From positions 1,521 through 65,520 of the forward strand of contig JAYPLE010000010.1 in assembly GCA_038129245.1 (NCBI GenBank): a stretch of 64,000 nucleotides of DNA. Direction: 5' to 3'. Below the pieces are notes generated by a model. That model saw only the letters and a program-made list of their open reading frames with translations. It was not told the origin of the DNA and ran no database searches. Shown piece by piece: positions 8,322 through 17,166 of the stretch (position 1 is the stretch's first letter; the number at the start of each line of letters is the position of its first letter). The translations under genes and the position numbers were made by a program. This DNA is from Flammeovirgaceae bacterium (GTDB taxonomy: Bacteria > Bacteroidota > Bacteroidia > Cytophagales > Cyclobacteriaceae).

Positions 8322-8354
8322 AGAGCGCAACCATAGGTTGCGCTCTCTTTTTTG
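8322..8354 (+). terminator. orphan plus-strand intrinsic terminator
   Basis: agagcgcaacc/ata/ggttgcgctct gives an 11-bp stem (8322-8332 with 8336-8346) followed by cTTTTTTg. The orientation is plus, and the minus-strand reading has no T tract. No annotated plus-strand gene lies upstream. Confidence 0.6.
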
Positions 8355-8383
8355 TCAAGAAATATTTTGTTGTATTTCTCTAA

Positions 8384-8785
8384 TTACAGGCGTATTTCAG
8401 ACGGACCCTCTAATAATTCGATATGGCAACAATCGTGTCCAATGAGAAACGGTTGAGAAACTACTTTTTCTTTGTTTAGCCAGCCCTCAAAGATGACTTC
8501 TACTCCTTTTTTTTCAACCAGGTCAAATTCTGCGTCTGTCCAAACTGTGTAGATTCCTTCAGATATTGCGGAAAATTGATCATCTTCAAAGTAATGAATC
8601 CCCGCATCTTGATGCAGTGAATAAGCACTATCAAGTACTACAGGTATTTCGTTGGCATCTGTAATTTCTACAGTGATCATTCTGAATTCTCTCGTGCAGG
8701 CAATATTTTCGATACAGCTGGAGCTGTCGCTACATGAAGTCAATAAGATTATTGAGCAAAAAAGGAGTACAGGAAATAATTTCAT
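8384..8785 (-). CDS. lipoprotein of unknown function
   Basis: 133 aa. Signal peptide with lipobox (LLFCSIILLTSC). No family recognised. Confidence 0.55.
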   Translation of the reverse strand: MKLFPVLLFCSIILLTSCSDSSSCIENIACTREFRMITVEITDANEIPVVLDSAYSLHQDAGIHYFEDDQFSAISEGIYTVWTDAEFDLVEKKGVEVIFEGWLNKEKVVSQPFLIGHDCCHIELLEGPSEIRL

Positions 8786-9370
8786 AATTCAGATAGTGAG
8801 TTTGATCATTTATCGCAAAAAAAGTGCCGAACTAGGTATTCCACATTTAATTATTTGAAAGATCTATTCTTACAGTCTAAGATCCTTTAGCTCTTTACAA
8901 GTTTGCAGAGCTTGTCACAAAGAAAAGCTTCTTCAAGTTGCGTCGGTTCTCCATCATAGCCTAACGCAGGGACAGTAATCGGTTGATTTTCTGCTAGTTC
9001 TTGGGACGGTTTGATGATCATTCGTACTTTCTAGGTATGTAAGAGGGTACATATTATGTTGCTACCTGCAGAAGATATAATTTCAAATCGTGATCGACTC
9101 GTTTCGCCTCATTAGCGGTCAATTAGATGTTTTTAGGAGCAGTAGGGCATAGCTATTTTTAATCATGATAAAGCATTTATTCCAACTGAAATACACTGTA
9201 AAATAGTGCATTTTGATGATTGTGATCTCAGAGATTGATCGATGTTTTAATCGAAGAGAAGTCCTAAACCAATAGGAGGTAAATAGATATAGTGAGATGT
9301 AAGTATGACCAAAAAAGGCCATTTTTATTTAGGTCTGAGGCCTTACCTTAGCTCCCTGCAGGGTTTTCGT

Positions 9371-11401
9371 TTATATTCTGATCCTTAGTTGTGCATTCCA
9401 TTCCGATCTGGTTGTTGTTAAGGTCCTGTCTACCCCTCTTCCAGTACTCTCAGTATTTCTAAGATCAAAGCGAGCATACCTGGCATATAGCGTAGTGCGA
9501 TCCGTTAGCTTATACTCCGCTAGTAGATATTGTCTGATTCCCGAACCACTGTAGGCAGGTAAGGAAAATGCGTATAAAACATTTCTTTCGAAGACATAAT
9601 GTCTATTTTCAAAATCTTCTGTATCAAAAAGTGCAAACCGTGTGCTAAACCTAAAAGCATTATTCTGGAATATAAAATCTTGCAGAATTACGATGCCTGA
9701 ATTTTTCTCTTGACTTCTTCGTACATGGCTTCTCTGGATGCGAGTTTTCAAAGAGAGCCAGTTATTGATTTGTGCATCATAGTTTATCAAGTATTGCCAT
9801 TTTATTCTGTCTGTTAGTTGACTTAGATTTTGGCCTTCTATTGTTTGTGATTCCTGTTTTTGCTCATTTCTCAATTGAAAAAATACCCTTGATGTCTTGT
9901 CAGGTTTAAACGCGTATCTGAAAAGCCATTCCTGACCAGTGGAGGGTGCATTTACTTTATACTTCAACCAGGGAAATGTGAATTGGTCGTAGTATGCATT
10001 TATTCTGTGATACCTATTTGGGGTGAAGCTTAATCCCCAATAAAGACCTTTCTCGTTAATGATACGGCTGCCTTCACTGAAGGCATTGCCATAAAAACTG
10101 TGAAAGTCAGGTTTATAATTTCTAGCTATTATAGCTACATCGAGTTGGCTAGTGGTGGTTAGAATTATCCCTGTAACTACCCCGGTCCCTTTTGACTTTG
10201 AAATAGCCAGCTCCCCAAATGCAAGCATATTCTGCCAATTGAAGTTGAAATACCCGCTCCCAATAAGGTTTGAAGTTCCGGAAAATTCAAATTGATTATA
10301 GTTGTTTGGCTTAGGTTGTATAGGGAGGTCGAAGATTGAATACAGAATGGATGCGCCGATTTGGACTGCTTTTGTTCTTTGGTATAGCCAATTGAAGCCA
10401 AGGTTTTGCTCAATCACTGAATTTTTCGAATTGAGTTCGTTTTTTGTTCGGTGTAAACCGGTGCTCTGAATACTGTTTACAAATTCATCAAAATCTGAAT
10501 ATGAGTCATCTGATTTCCGGTTCCCATCTTGACCGATTCTGCTTCCCATGAATGTTAATTCATGACTTCCTAAGCCCATCGTGGTAGCACCTCCTCTAAA
10601 AAAGCCTGCTTCAATTACCGAGACAAAAGGCTTTAGTCCGGTATTCCCTCTCCTGGTAGTTAATATTGTTTCTGCCCCTTTTCCAGGAGCAAATCCTGCT
10701 CCAAATACCAACCCCTGTCCAAATTGCAATTGATAGTCACCAATAATCAGATTATCGATCAGTCCTTTATTCTGTACTTGAAAATGAAACGAAGTATGAT
10801 CAAGCCCCTTGGTTTTATCATTCCATATTATTTTTTCTCCGGGGTCTTTTTCTAGCGTAAAGCCGGTAGAGAACTCATTTGGATTGCTAATTCTAAAGCG
10901 AGTGTATAGATGGTTTTTATCTCCTAAATAAGACATGGTACGGTAGGCATCTAATGTCTCTATTCTTCTTGTGTTTCTTATTAATAAAAAACTATTTGGC
11001 GCCTCCCTGATCTTCTCTTTAAGGGTTTTTCCAGTTGACAATTGGGTTTCTACAGTAACAAATGGGAGAATTTTACGAATCAAATGACCATCAAAATGAG
11101 GAATTGATTGAAGCTCGAAAATTGAGACGAAATTACCTTTTGATTCACGATGAGCCAGTAATGCATCTATTTGACGCGGCCTAAGTAGGTAAAGACTGTA
11201 CAGCTCTTCTTTAGTTGCCTTATTTAGGTTCAAGGGTCGCGTGTACAGGTGATACAAAGACTCGTAGATATCTTCGTATGGCAATGCTTGATCTTGCCAA
11301 TCGAAGTTTTGTTCTATAAAGTTTTCGATATCAATTTCCTGTGCAGCACTCCCAAAGAATACTAAGAAGTAAATGGTAACTAGTTTACTTCTTTCTAGCA
11401 T
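9371..11401 (-). CDS. outer-membrane protein with N-terminal ComEA-like helix-hairpin-helix domain and large beta-barrel-like body
   Basis: Signal peptide (LVTIYFLVFFGSAAQ). LNLNKATKEELYSLYLLRPRQIDALLAHRESKGNFVSIFELQSIP is a ComEA/HhH-type motif. The remaining ~550 aa are rich in alternating aromatic/Gly beta-strand patterns. The start could be ATG 11401 or 11434. Confidence 0.7.
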   Translation of the reverse strand: MLERSKLVTIYFLVFFGSAAQEIDIENFIEQNFDWQDQALPYEDIYESLYHLYTRPLNLNKATKEELYSLYLLRPRQIDALLAHRESKGNFVSIFELQSIPHFDGHLIRKILPFVTVETQLSTGKTLKEKIREAPNSFLLIRNTRRIETLDAYRTMSYLGDKNHLYTRFRISNPNEFSTGFTLEKDPGEKIIWNDKTKGLDHTSFHFQVQNKGLIDNLIIGDYQLQFGQGLVFGAGFAPGKGAETILTTRRGNTGLKPFVSVIEAGFFRGGATTMGLGSHELTFMGSRIGQDGNRKSDDSYSDFDEFVNSIQSTGLHRTKNELNSKNSVIEQNLGFNWLYQRTKAVQIGASILYSIFDLPIQPKPNNYNQFEFSGTSNLIGSGYFNFNWQNMLAFGELAISKSKGTGVVTGIILTTTSQLDVAIIARNYKPDFHSFYGNAFSEGSRIINEKGLYWGLSFTPNRYHRINAYYDQFTFPWLKYKVNAPSTGQEWLFRYAFKPDKTSRVFFQLRNEQKQESQTIEGQNLSQLTDRIKWQYLINYDAQINNWLSLKTRIQRSHVRRSQEKNSGIVILQDFIFQNNAFRFSTRFALFDTEDFENRHYVFERNVLYAFSLPAYSGSGIRQYLLAEYKLTDRTTLYARYARFDLRNTESTGRGVDRTLTTTRSEWNAQLRIRI

Positions 11402-12224
11402 ATTGAGCGAAGCTTTTACCAATAGATATTTCATGTATACTTCCGGAGGGAACCATGCCTACAAAAGCATAATGGAATGACCAGGATATCGGATGTATTC
11501 CAAATCCAAAGCTTAGTGATTTGGGCAGAAAGGCAAACCCACTTTGAATAGAAACCCAATCAGTAAAGGAGTATGAGATACCAACTTTTAAGGTTTCATC
11601 ATGATTAAGCTCCTTCCCAATTTCAGATGTGATCAAAAGGTATCTGCTCGGTACATAGCTAAGCCCAAACCTCATAAAAATAGGAAGCGGTTGACTGTCT
11701 GTGAATTTGGCCTGATTTAAGTTGAATATATGTGCACCTATTCGGACCCCTTCGATGAGTTCAGCGATTCCACCGAACTCAAAACTCAGTACACTGAAAG
11801 TACCTATTTCGGAGAAATTATATTGAATGAAATTGATGGCGCCCCCTAAACTCACGGTTTGGATTTTACTTCCGATTGCAATACTTAATTTCTGCTGATT
11901 AAAAATATCATCCCCGAATCTATAGAAGGATAGTGCCGGTACAACCGTACCAAGAGGATGCGATACTCCAAACCCTACAGTTTGAAATGCAGCTACGTTG
12001 AATCGATTTTGATATGCTGCCATCACACCTGCAGTTTTTTGATAACCCAAACCTGCTGGATTATTGAAAAGAGTACTTTGATCTGCGCTATTAATGTTAG
12101 CGTGTGACATAGCCGAACTTTTTGCGCCAATGAAGAAATGTCCATTTTGAGCACAACAGATTGAAGAAGAAAGTAGTAAGCTATTGATCCAAATCAATCG
12201 GCATATTCTTTGTAAAATAGCCAT
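11385..12224 (-). CDS. outer-membrane beta-barrel protein, PorV/PorQ-like
   Basis: Signal peptide. IGAKSSAMSHANINSADQSTLFNNPAGLG resembles the N-terminal motif of PorV/PorQ (FadL-like) barrels. Beta-strand-rich. This is a motif-level call only. Confidence 0.5.
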   Translation of the reverse strand: MAILQRICRLIWINSLLLSSSICCAQNGHFFIGAKSSAMSHANINSADQSTLFNNPAGLGYQKTAGVMAAYQNRFNVAAFQTVGFGVSHPLGTVVPALSFYRFGDDIFNQQKLSIAIGSKIQTVSLGGAINFIQYNFSEIGTFSVLSFEFGGIAELIEGVRIGAHIFNLNQAKFTDSQPLPIFMRFGLSYVPSRYLLITSEIGKELNHDETLKVGISYSFTDWVSIQSGFAFLPKSLSFGFGIHPISWSFHYAFVGMVPSGSIHEISIGKSFAQYARKK

Positions 12225-12254
12225 ATGGTTGTTCAGTAAAGTGAATTTTCAATT

Positions 12255-12836
12255 GTGTATAGCATAAAAGCGTTATGTAAAATATTAATTTTTATTCTTA
12301 CTTTCCTAATTAATTATCAAGTAAGTGCTCAGGTGAATGTTCTTAATGGGAGGGTTCTGTATCGTTATGAAAATGACAGTGTCAGTGCGTTGCTTTGGTA
12401 TCAAGAAGGTAAGCAGTCTGGTTGGCAGCATTATTATTATCCAAATGGACAGCTCCAAGCTAAAGAATACTGGAAGAAAGATTATCCTCAAGACACTGCC
12501 TGGTATTATTTTGAGACTGGGACGTTGGAGAAAACAGGGACTTACAAGGAGGGATTGTATGAAGGAAAATGGCTTTTTTACTATCCTTCAGGAAGGATCA
12601 AAAGAGCAGGACAGTATAGTAATGGACTACCTACTGGATATTGGCATTTTTATCATGATAATGGCATGAATTGGCAGCAGGGCAGTTTTGTAGATGGAAA
12701 AGAGACTGGGGTATGGACGTATTTTGACTACCAGGGGAATGCTACTTTTGAAGGAACTTTTAGCGAAGGAGCACGAGTAGGTGAATGGTACAAATTCAAA
12801 AAGAACGGTGAAAAGAAGAAGTGGAGAACTTATTAG
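12255..12836 (+). CDS. secreted MORN-repeat (YwqK-like) protein
   Basis: GTG start and signal peptide (ILIFILTFLINYQVSAQ). Repeated G-x-W-x-x-Y-Y/F-x-x-G units (EGKWLFYYPSG, TGYWHFYHDNG, TGVWTYFDYQG). Confidence 0.7.
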   Translation: MYSIKALCKILIFILTFLINYQVSAQVNVLNGRVLYRYENDSVSALLWYQEGKQSGWQHYYYPNGQLQAKEYWKKDYPQDTAWYYFETGTLEKTGTYKEGLYEGKWLFYYPSGRIKRAGQYSNGLPTGYWHFYHDNGMNWQQGSFVDGKETGVWTYFDYQGNATFEGTFSEGARVGEWYKFKKNGEKKKWRTY

Positions 12837-14251
12837 TTGATGTCTGCTTGTATGTTCAATGCAAAATTGAAGGTGTCTTGTGAATTGTATGTGTATTCGA
12901 ATCTTAGCACAAGGTCGTAAATTGTAACAACATCGAGACCTGCACCCACACTATACAAATGCGTATCTGTCAGCCTACTGGATATTTCATAATTTGGATA
13001 GTTTTGAACATAACCAAAATCCGCGATTAGTTTGCCATAAAGACTTATTTTGAAATCGTTGAATTGAGCTACAGGCATAAAGTTTTTCATGTCTTTTTTG
13101 CCTGTGAAAAATAGTTTTCTCACCGAGTTTTTCATCAGAAAATATCGTGGACCTTCAATTACGTCTAATTCAAACCCCCGTGCCAGAATACCATCATAGC
13201 CAAGTCCTGCAAAATTATAATAAGGTTGAGCTCTAGGGGTAGAGAAATATCCAATCAAGCCAGCAGCATAATAGAAGTTTTTCTTCAACTCAAAATATTT
13301 ATTGTAGACCACCTGAATAGAAGAGATAGAGATGTCATCGTAAATTCCAATCCCTTGCTGTTCCAGATTCACCCGTAGTAATTCTCCGCTAGTGGGATAA
13401 TTCCGATTGTTGCGAAGGTCATTTACATAAGAGTATTTGAGAAAAAAGAAGCGCTGACTGGTTTTTCCATTTCCTAGAAAATTTGGATTAAGGCTCAACG
13501 ATGCGATGGTGTCTGATATGGCTGTTTGACTAAAACCCAAAGAGGTGTAATGCGTAGAGTAGTAATTTGGCCTGAATGAATGCGTGGTTTCAGCAAACCA
13601 AGAAGTTCGGTTAATATCTTCTGTATTCAGGAATGTTGGTAAGTGGTCATTGGTAATGTAGGGCATTTTTTCTCTTTCATTGTAAACCAATTCAAAACCA
13701 AGGCCATGACGCTGGGTCTTCTCTATGTAAGGAAGAATATATCCAAGGGCAAATCGTCTCTCAAAACCAATCTGACCAATGAATCTTAATCTTTCGTTTC
13801 TTCCACGAAAATTGTATTGATCTAATTTGAGCCCTGCATTAAATCGTTCTATTTTGCTCCCTCTATTCACAACCCAATCCATTAGATTTCGATCAGCAAT
13901 TCTAACAAATGGACTTGGGTAGAAATACCACCTTTCTTCGACCTTGATGAGAATATCTACTAACTGGTTCTCAGCATAAAGTGGTTGGAGAACCACCGTG
14001 TTGAATAGGTTGGTATTATAAATTCTAATCTGCGCACTATCAAGGGTTGACTGGAAAGTGGTTGAATCTACTAGTTTTCCTTTGTCAATGCCAAACTCGC
14101 GGAGAATGATGGATGCTTTTGTTTTTTTGTTGCCTAATATGAAAATGTCATTTACTGAAAACTTAGCAGGCGTCTGCGAATAAGCAGGGAATGCAATACC
14201 AAATAAGAGTAGGAGAACCCACCAATAGCTTACAACAAATCCTTTCTTCAC
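12833..14251 (-). CDS. BamA/TamA (Omp85) family outer-membrane protein with one POTRA-like domain
   Basis: Signal peptide, POTRA-like FSVNDIFILGNKKTKASIILREFGI, then a long beta-strand-rich C-terminal barrel region. Confidence 0.7.
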   Translation of the reverse strand: MKKGFVVSYWWVLLLLFGIAFPAYSQTPAKFSVNDIFILGNKKTKASIILREFGIDKGKLVDSTTFQSTLDSAQIRIYNTNLFNTVVLQPLYAENQLVDILIKVEERWYFYPSPFVRIADRNLMDWVVNRGSKIERFNAGLKLDQYNFRGRNERLRFIGQIGFERRFALGYILPYIEKTQRHGLGFELVYNEREKMPYITNDHLPTFLNTEDINRTSWFAETTHSFRPNYYSTHYTSLGFSQTAISDTIASLSLNPNFLGNGKTSQRFFFLKYSYVNDLRNNRNYPTSGELLRVNLEQQGIGIYDDISISSIQVVYNKYFELKKNFYYAAGLIGYFSTPRAQPYYNFAGLGYDGILARGFELDVIEGPRYFLMKNSVRKLFFTGKKDMKNFMPVAQFNDFKISLYGKLIADFGYVQNYPNYEISSRLTDTHLYSVGAGLDVVTIYDLVLRFEYTYNSQDTFNFALNIQADIN

Positions 14252-14358
14252 GTGCTATGTCCCCTTTTAGGTATTCTTGATTTTCTTTGTTTTTGTAAGA
14301 GAACGCAAACTGAATCAATTTTATTTGCAGCGCCAAATATCGCGTATAGATTTGTCAT

Positions 14359-14577
14359 GTGAAAAAGCTCTTTCGAAAGCTCCTTACCCTACCGGTTCTT
14401 TTTTATCAATATGGTATTTCTCCGTATTTCTCCGGTTCTTGTAGATATTCACCGACATGTTCTCATTACATGAAGGAAGCTATTTTGAAATATGGTCTAA
14501 AAGGTGTTTGGATGGGAATAGTAAGGATTAGTAAGTGCCACCCATGGGGGGGTAGTGGATTTGATCCAGTACCTTAG
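14359..14577 (+). CDS. yidD: membrane protein insertion efficiency factor YidD
   Basis: 72 aa. [27 protein letters not shown] ... GFDPVP is the YidD signature. GTG start. Confidence 0.9.
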   Translation: MKKLFRKLLTLPVLFYQYGISPYFSGSCRYSPTCSHYMKEAILKYGLKGVWMGIVRISKCHPWGGSGFDPVP

Positions 14578-16421
14578 TGCAATCGTTCAAGTGCTTCTAA
14601 TTCTTCTCTAAAGCCGGAGGATAAAATTGGAAACCTGCACCAGGTTCTTGGATCGACATTGAAGTCATCCACATGAAAGCTGGGAGCAATTCGCTCTCTT
14701 TTCCATTGGTTGATAGACCACAGTCGAAAGAACTTAGTAATCCAGGTTTTTAGTATTTGTGGATTGTGCTCTTCTTTCAGCAGGTCAAAAATTTGGATAG
14801 GCGATTTTTTATCCCGGATGGCGGCTCTTTCGATGTGTTTCAACGCGATATACGGCATTAAATCATCCTCATCTGTCTGATGCTGATCCTGTGGACGAAG
14901 TTCAGCAGTTGGTTGCAGTTGGTTGACTTCATGAAGGCCGGAAATTTGTAGTGTATCCTCTGCATAGCTCAGCCACTCGAGGATGAAATGTTTATCTACT
15001 GCTGCTAGGGGAGATATACTACCACTTGTGTCTCCATCCATCGTCGCATAGCCAACAGCACCTTCGCTTCGATTTGAAGTAGTCAGCAGCAAGTGTCTAT
15101 CCAGGTTGGCCAACATCCAGATGATCGGTGATCGCGCTCGTGCCTGGATATTTTGGAGCATGATGTCGTCTTGCTCCCAGGTAAGCTTTCTTCCGATCGC
15201 TTTTTCTATTTTACTGGTGTAGCTCTTAACCTCATCATCAATCTCCCAATTATAAAATGTGGCACCAATACTGGACGCCAGGTTTTTAGCAGATTTAAAA
15301 GTATCCTCAGAGCTGTTTTTTGTTGCTTGGTACGCTGTTATGAGCACTTTGGAGACAAGCTCGTCGATGGAATTGTAGAGTGGCAGCCCTGCTCTTTCAC
15401 AAAAACCCTTCAAACCTAATTCCCTCGCTCCCCTTATTACCATCAAGTATACTAAAGTGGCAATCGAAGAAGAATCGGCACCCCCGCTAAGAGATAAGAC
15501 AAAACCTTTACTTCCGCTTTTTCTTAGATAGTCAAAGAGGGCCAAGGGTACCGCGCTGCTAAACTCTTGTAATGAATCAGACGAATCTTCCTTAATATCT
15601 GCATTGGCAATTAAGCTCTTAAAATCATAATCAACGATTAGCAGGTTGAAGGGTAAAAAAGAGAACCTTTGATTATGTCCGATGAGCTTTCCCCTGTCAG
15701 CTATCAGCACATCCCCATCATAGATCATCCTTCCTGCTTCATTACCAAGCAGGTTTGTGTACAGATAAACGCAATCGAATTCTCTAGAGCTTTCTACTAC
15801 CAGGTTTTCTCTGTAGGTTTCTTTTCCGAATGCAAAATGGCTAGCGCTTGGATTTAGTATAAGCTCTACTTTCTTACCTGTAAAATGACAAGCTGGGCGG
15901 TCCGCTTGCCACGCGTCTTCACAGATTTCAAAACCGGTATGTATTCCAAAAATGTCCAGTGTGATAGCACCAAATGGAAATGAATGTTCTTCAATAGTTA
16001 GTTCTCTAACCTCATCATATGGCCATGAGCTAAACCACCTGGGTTCGTAATGGACGCCATCGTTAGCTAAATTATGTTTGGCGTAGATCCCCATAATCTT
16101 GCAATCGACTACAATAGCGATGCAGTTGTAGATTTTGTCTCCAAATAAAAATGGAAGTCCAAACGTGATAGCCATTCCTTTTGTAGAAGGCAGTAAGGCC
16201 AGCAAATGCTTTAACGCGGCTTCAGGTAACCATTCACTAAGAAACATGTCTTCACATCCGTACCCCGAAATACACAACTCAGGGAGGCAGAGAAGATCTA
16301 ATTTTTGAGATTTAGCTGCTGAAATAGCGTCCTTTATATTGGACGTATTGCCTTCCCAATCCATTGGGGTTTGATTTAGGCAAGCACCACCAATCCTAAT
16401 TTTAGACTTAGCCGGCTGCAC
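14574..16421 (-). CDS. nadE: glutamine-dependent NAD+ synthase
   Basis: N-terminal CN-hydrolase domain ([12 protein letters not shown]) plus a C-terminal NAD synthetase with the ATP-PPase motif [10 protein letters not shown]. The longest ORF reaches ATG 16487, which is an 80-nt overlap with rnc. GTG 16421 ([12 protein letters not shown]) fits typical N-termini better. The start is uncertain. Confidence 0.85.
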   Translation of the reverse strand: MQPAKSKIRIGGACLNQTPMDWEGNTSNIKDAISAAKSQKLDLLCLPELCISGYGCEDMFLSEWLPEAALKHLLALLPSTKGMAITFGLPFLFGDKIYNCIAIVVDCKIMGIYAKHNLANDGVHYEPRWFSSWPYDEVRELTIEEHSFPFGAITLDIFGIHTGFEICEDAWQADRPACHFTGKKVELILNPSASHFAFGKETYRENLVVESSREFDCVYLYTNLLGNEAGRMIYDGDVLIADRGKLIGHNQRFSFLPFNLLIVDYDFKSLIANADIKEDSSDSLQEFSSAVPLALFDYLRKSGSKGFVLSLSGGADSSSIATLVYLMVIRGARELGLKGFCERAGLPLYNSIDELVSKVLITAYQATKNSSEDTFKSAKNLASSIGATFYNWEIDDEVKSYTSKIEKAIGRKLTWEQDDIMLQNIQARARSPIIWMLANLDRHLLLTTSNRSEGAVGYATMDGDTSGSISPLAAVDKHFILEWLSYAEDTLQISGLHEVNQLQPTAELRPQDQHQTDEDDLMPYIALKHIERAAIRDKKSPIQIFDLLKEEHNPQILKTWITKFFRLWSINQWKRERIAPSFHVDDFNVDPRTWCRFPILSSGFREELEALERLH

Positions 16422-17166
16422 TTGATTCGAGATTATCAAGAGTTCGTCTTGCGGCATCCTGTTCAGCTTTTTTCTTGCTGGGTCCATAGCCGATATCTTT
16501 AGGTTCTCCGTCTACAATAACCCTGGCAGTAAATTGCTTGTTTCGCTTGTTTTCATCCATTTTCACAATTTCGAAGGAAAGTTCTCTATTTTCTTTCTGC
16601 GACCACTCAATGATCTTACTCTTGTAATTACTTGTCGTATGAATAAGTTCATCTAAGTCGTAATGTGTATTGAGTAGTTTGTTGATGATGTACCTCTTGG
16701 AGAATTTGAAGCCCTTATCAAGGTAAATCGCACCGATCAAAGCCTCCAGTGAATCTCCATAAATAGATTTTGGTGTTAAGGTGTTTCCCTGATTATTAAA
16801 TTCAATCAGGTCATGTAAGCCAATTTTTCGTGAGATGTCGTTTAGCATTTCGCGGTTTACGATTTTCGAACGAACTTCTGTTAAGAAACCTTCTTCCTTG
16901 AATGGAAATCTTGTAAAGAGAAATTCCGCAACAATCATTCCCAGGATTGCGTCACCCAAATATTCAAGTCTTTCATTGGATTCTCTGAGCCCGTGATCAT
17001 TTATCAAAGCACGGCTACTGTGCCGCATTGCCAGTTTGTATAGTTCAAGATTATAAGGACGTTCGCCAATTATTTGTCCAATGGCTTTTAGGAAGCTTTT
17101 GTCTTCCTGACGTACAGTAAGTAGAAGTTTTATTTTTGAAGTAAGCCGCTTTATTGGTCTAAGCAC
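16408..17166 (-). CDS. rnc: ribonuclease III
   Basis: RNase III signature ERLEYLGDAILG and a C-terminal dsRNA-binding domain. GTG start directly abutting the fabF stop. Confidence 0.9.
   Translation of the reverse strand: MLRPIKRLTSKIKLLLTVRQEDKSFLKAIGQIIGERPYNLELYKLAMRHSSRALINDHGLRESNERLEYLGDAILGMIVAEFLFTRFPFKEEGFLTEVRSKIVNREMLNDISRKIGLHDLIEFNNQGNTLTPKSIYGDSLEALIGAIYLDKGFKFSKRYIINKLLNTHYDLDELIHTTSNYKSKIIEWSQKENRELSFEIVKMDENKRNKQFTARVIVDGEPKDIGYGPSKKKAEQDAARRTLDNLESSAAG

Noticed and set aside
9119-9322. 67-aa minus-strand ORF in the long intergenic region.
   Set aside because: The translation (FGHTYISLYLFTSYWFRTSLRLKHRS...) is AT-rich-codon low complexity with no signal or motif. It is most likely a chance ORF in AT-rich spacer.
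9354-9363. Perfect 10-bp palindrome ccctgcaggg just downstream of the HhH-barrel gene stop.
   Set aside because: It has no loop, so it cannot form a terminator hairpin on its own. It is a single occurrence and most simply a chance palindrome or restriction-type site.
12255-12836. MORN-repeat protein as a YwqK-type antitoxin of a toxin-antitoxin pair.
   Set aside because: It has a clear signal peptide and no adjacent toxin-like gene. The antitoxin label attached to this repeat family does not fit the context.
14347-14354. TAGATTTG match to the TAnnTTTG -7 box upstream of yidD.
   Set aside because: It ends only 4 nt before the GTG start (14359), so a transcript initiated from it would lack the start codon. 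It is probably a chance match unless yidD is leaderless or starts differently.
14905-14924. Perfect tandem duplication gcagttggtt x2 inside nadE.
   Set aside because: It is in frame within a well-supported CDS (encodes ..[10 protein letters not shown]..) and has only two short copies. No evidence of variability or function.
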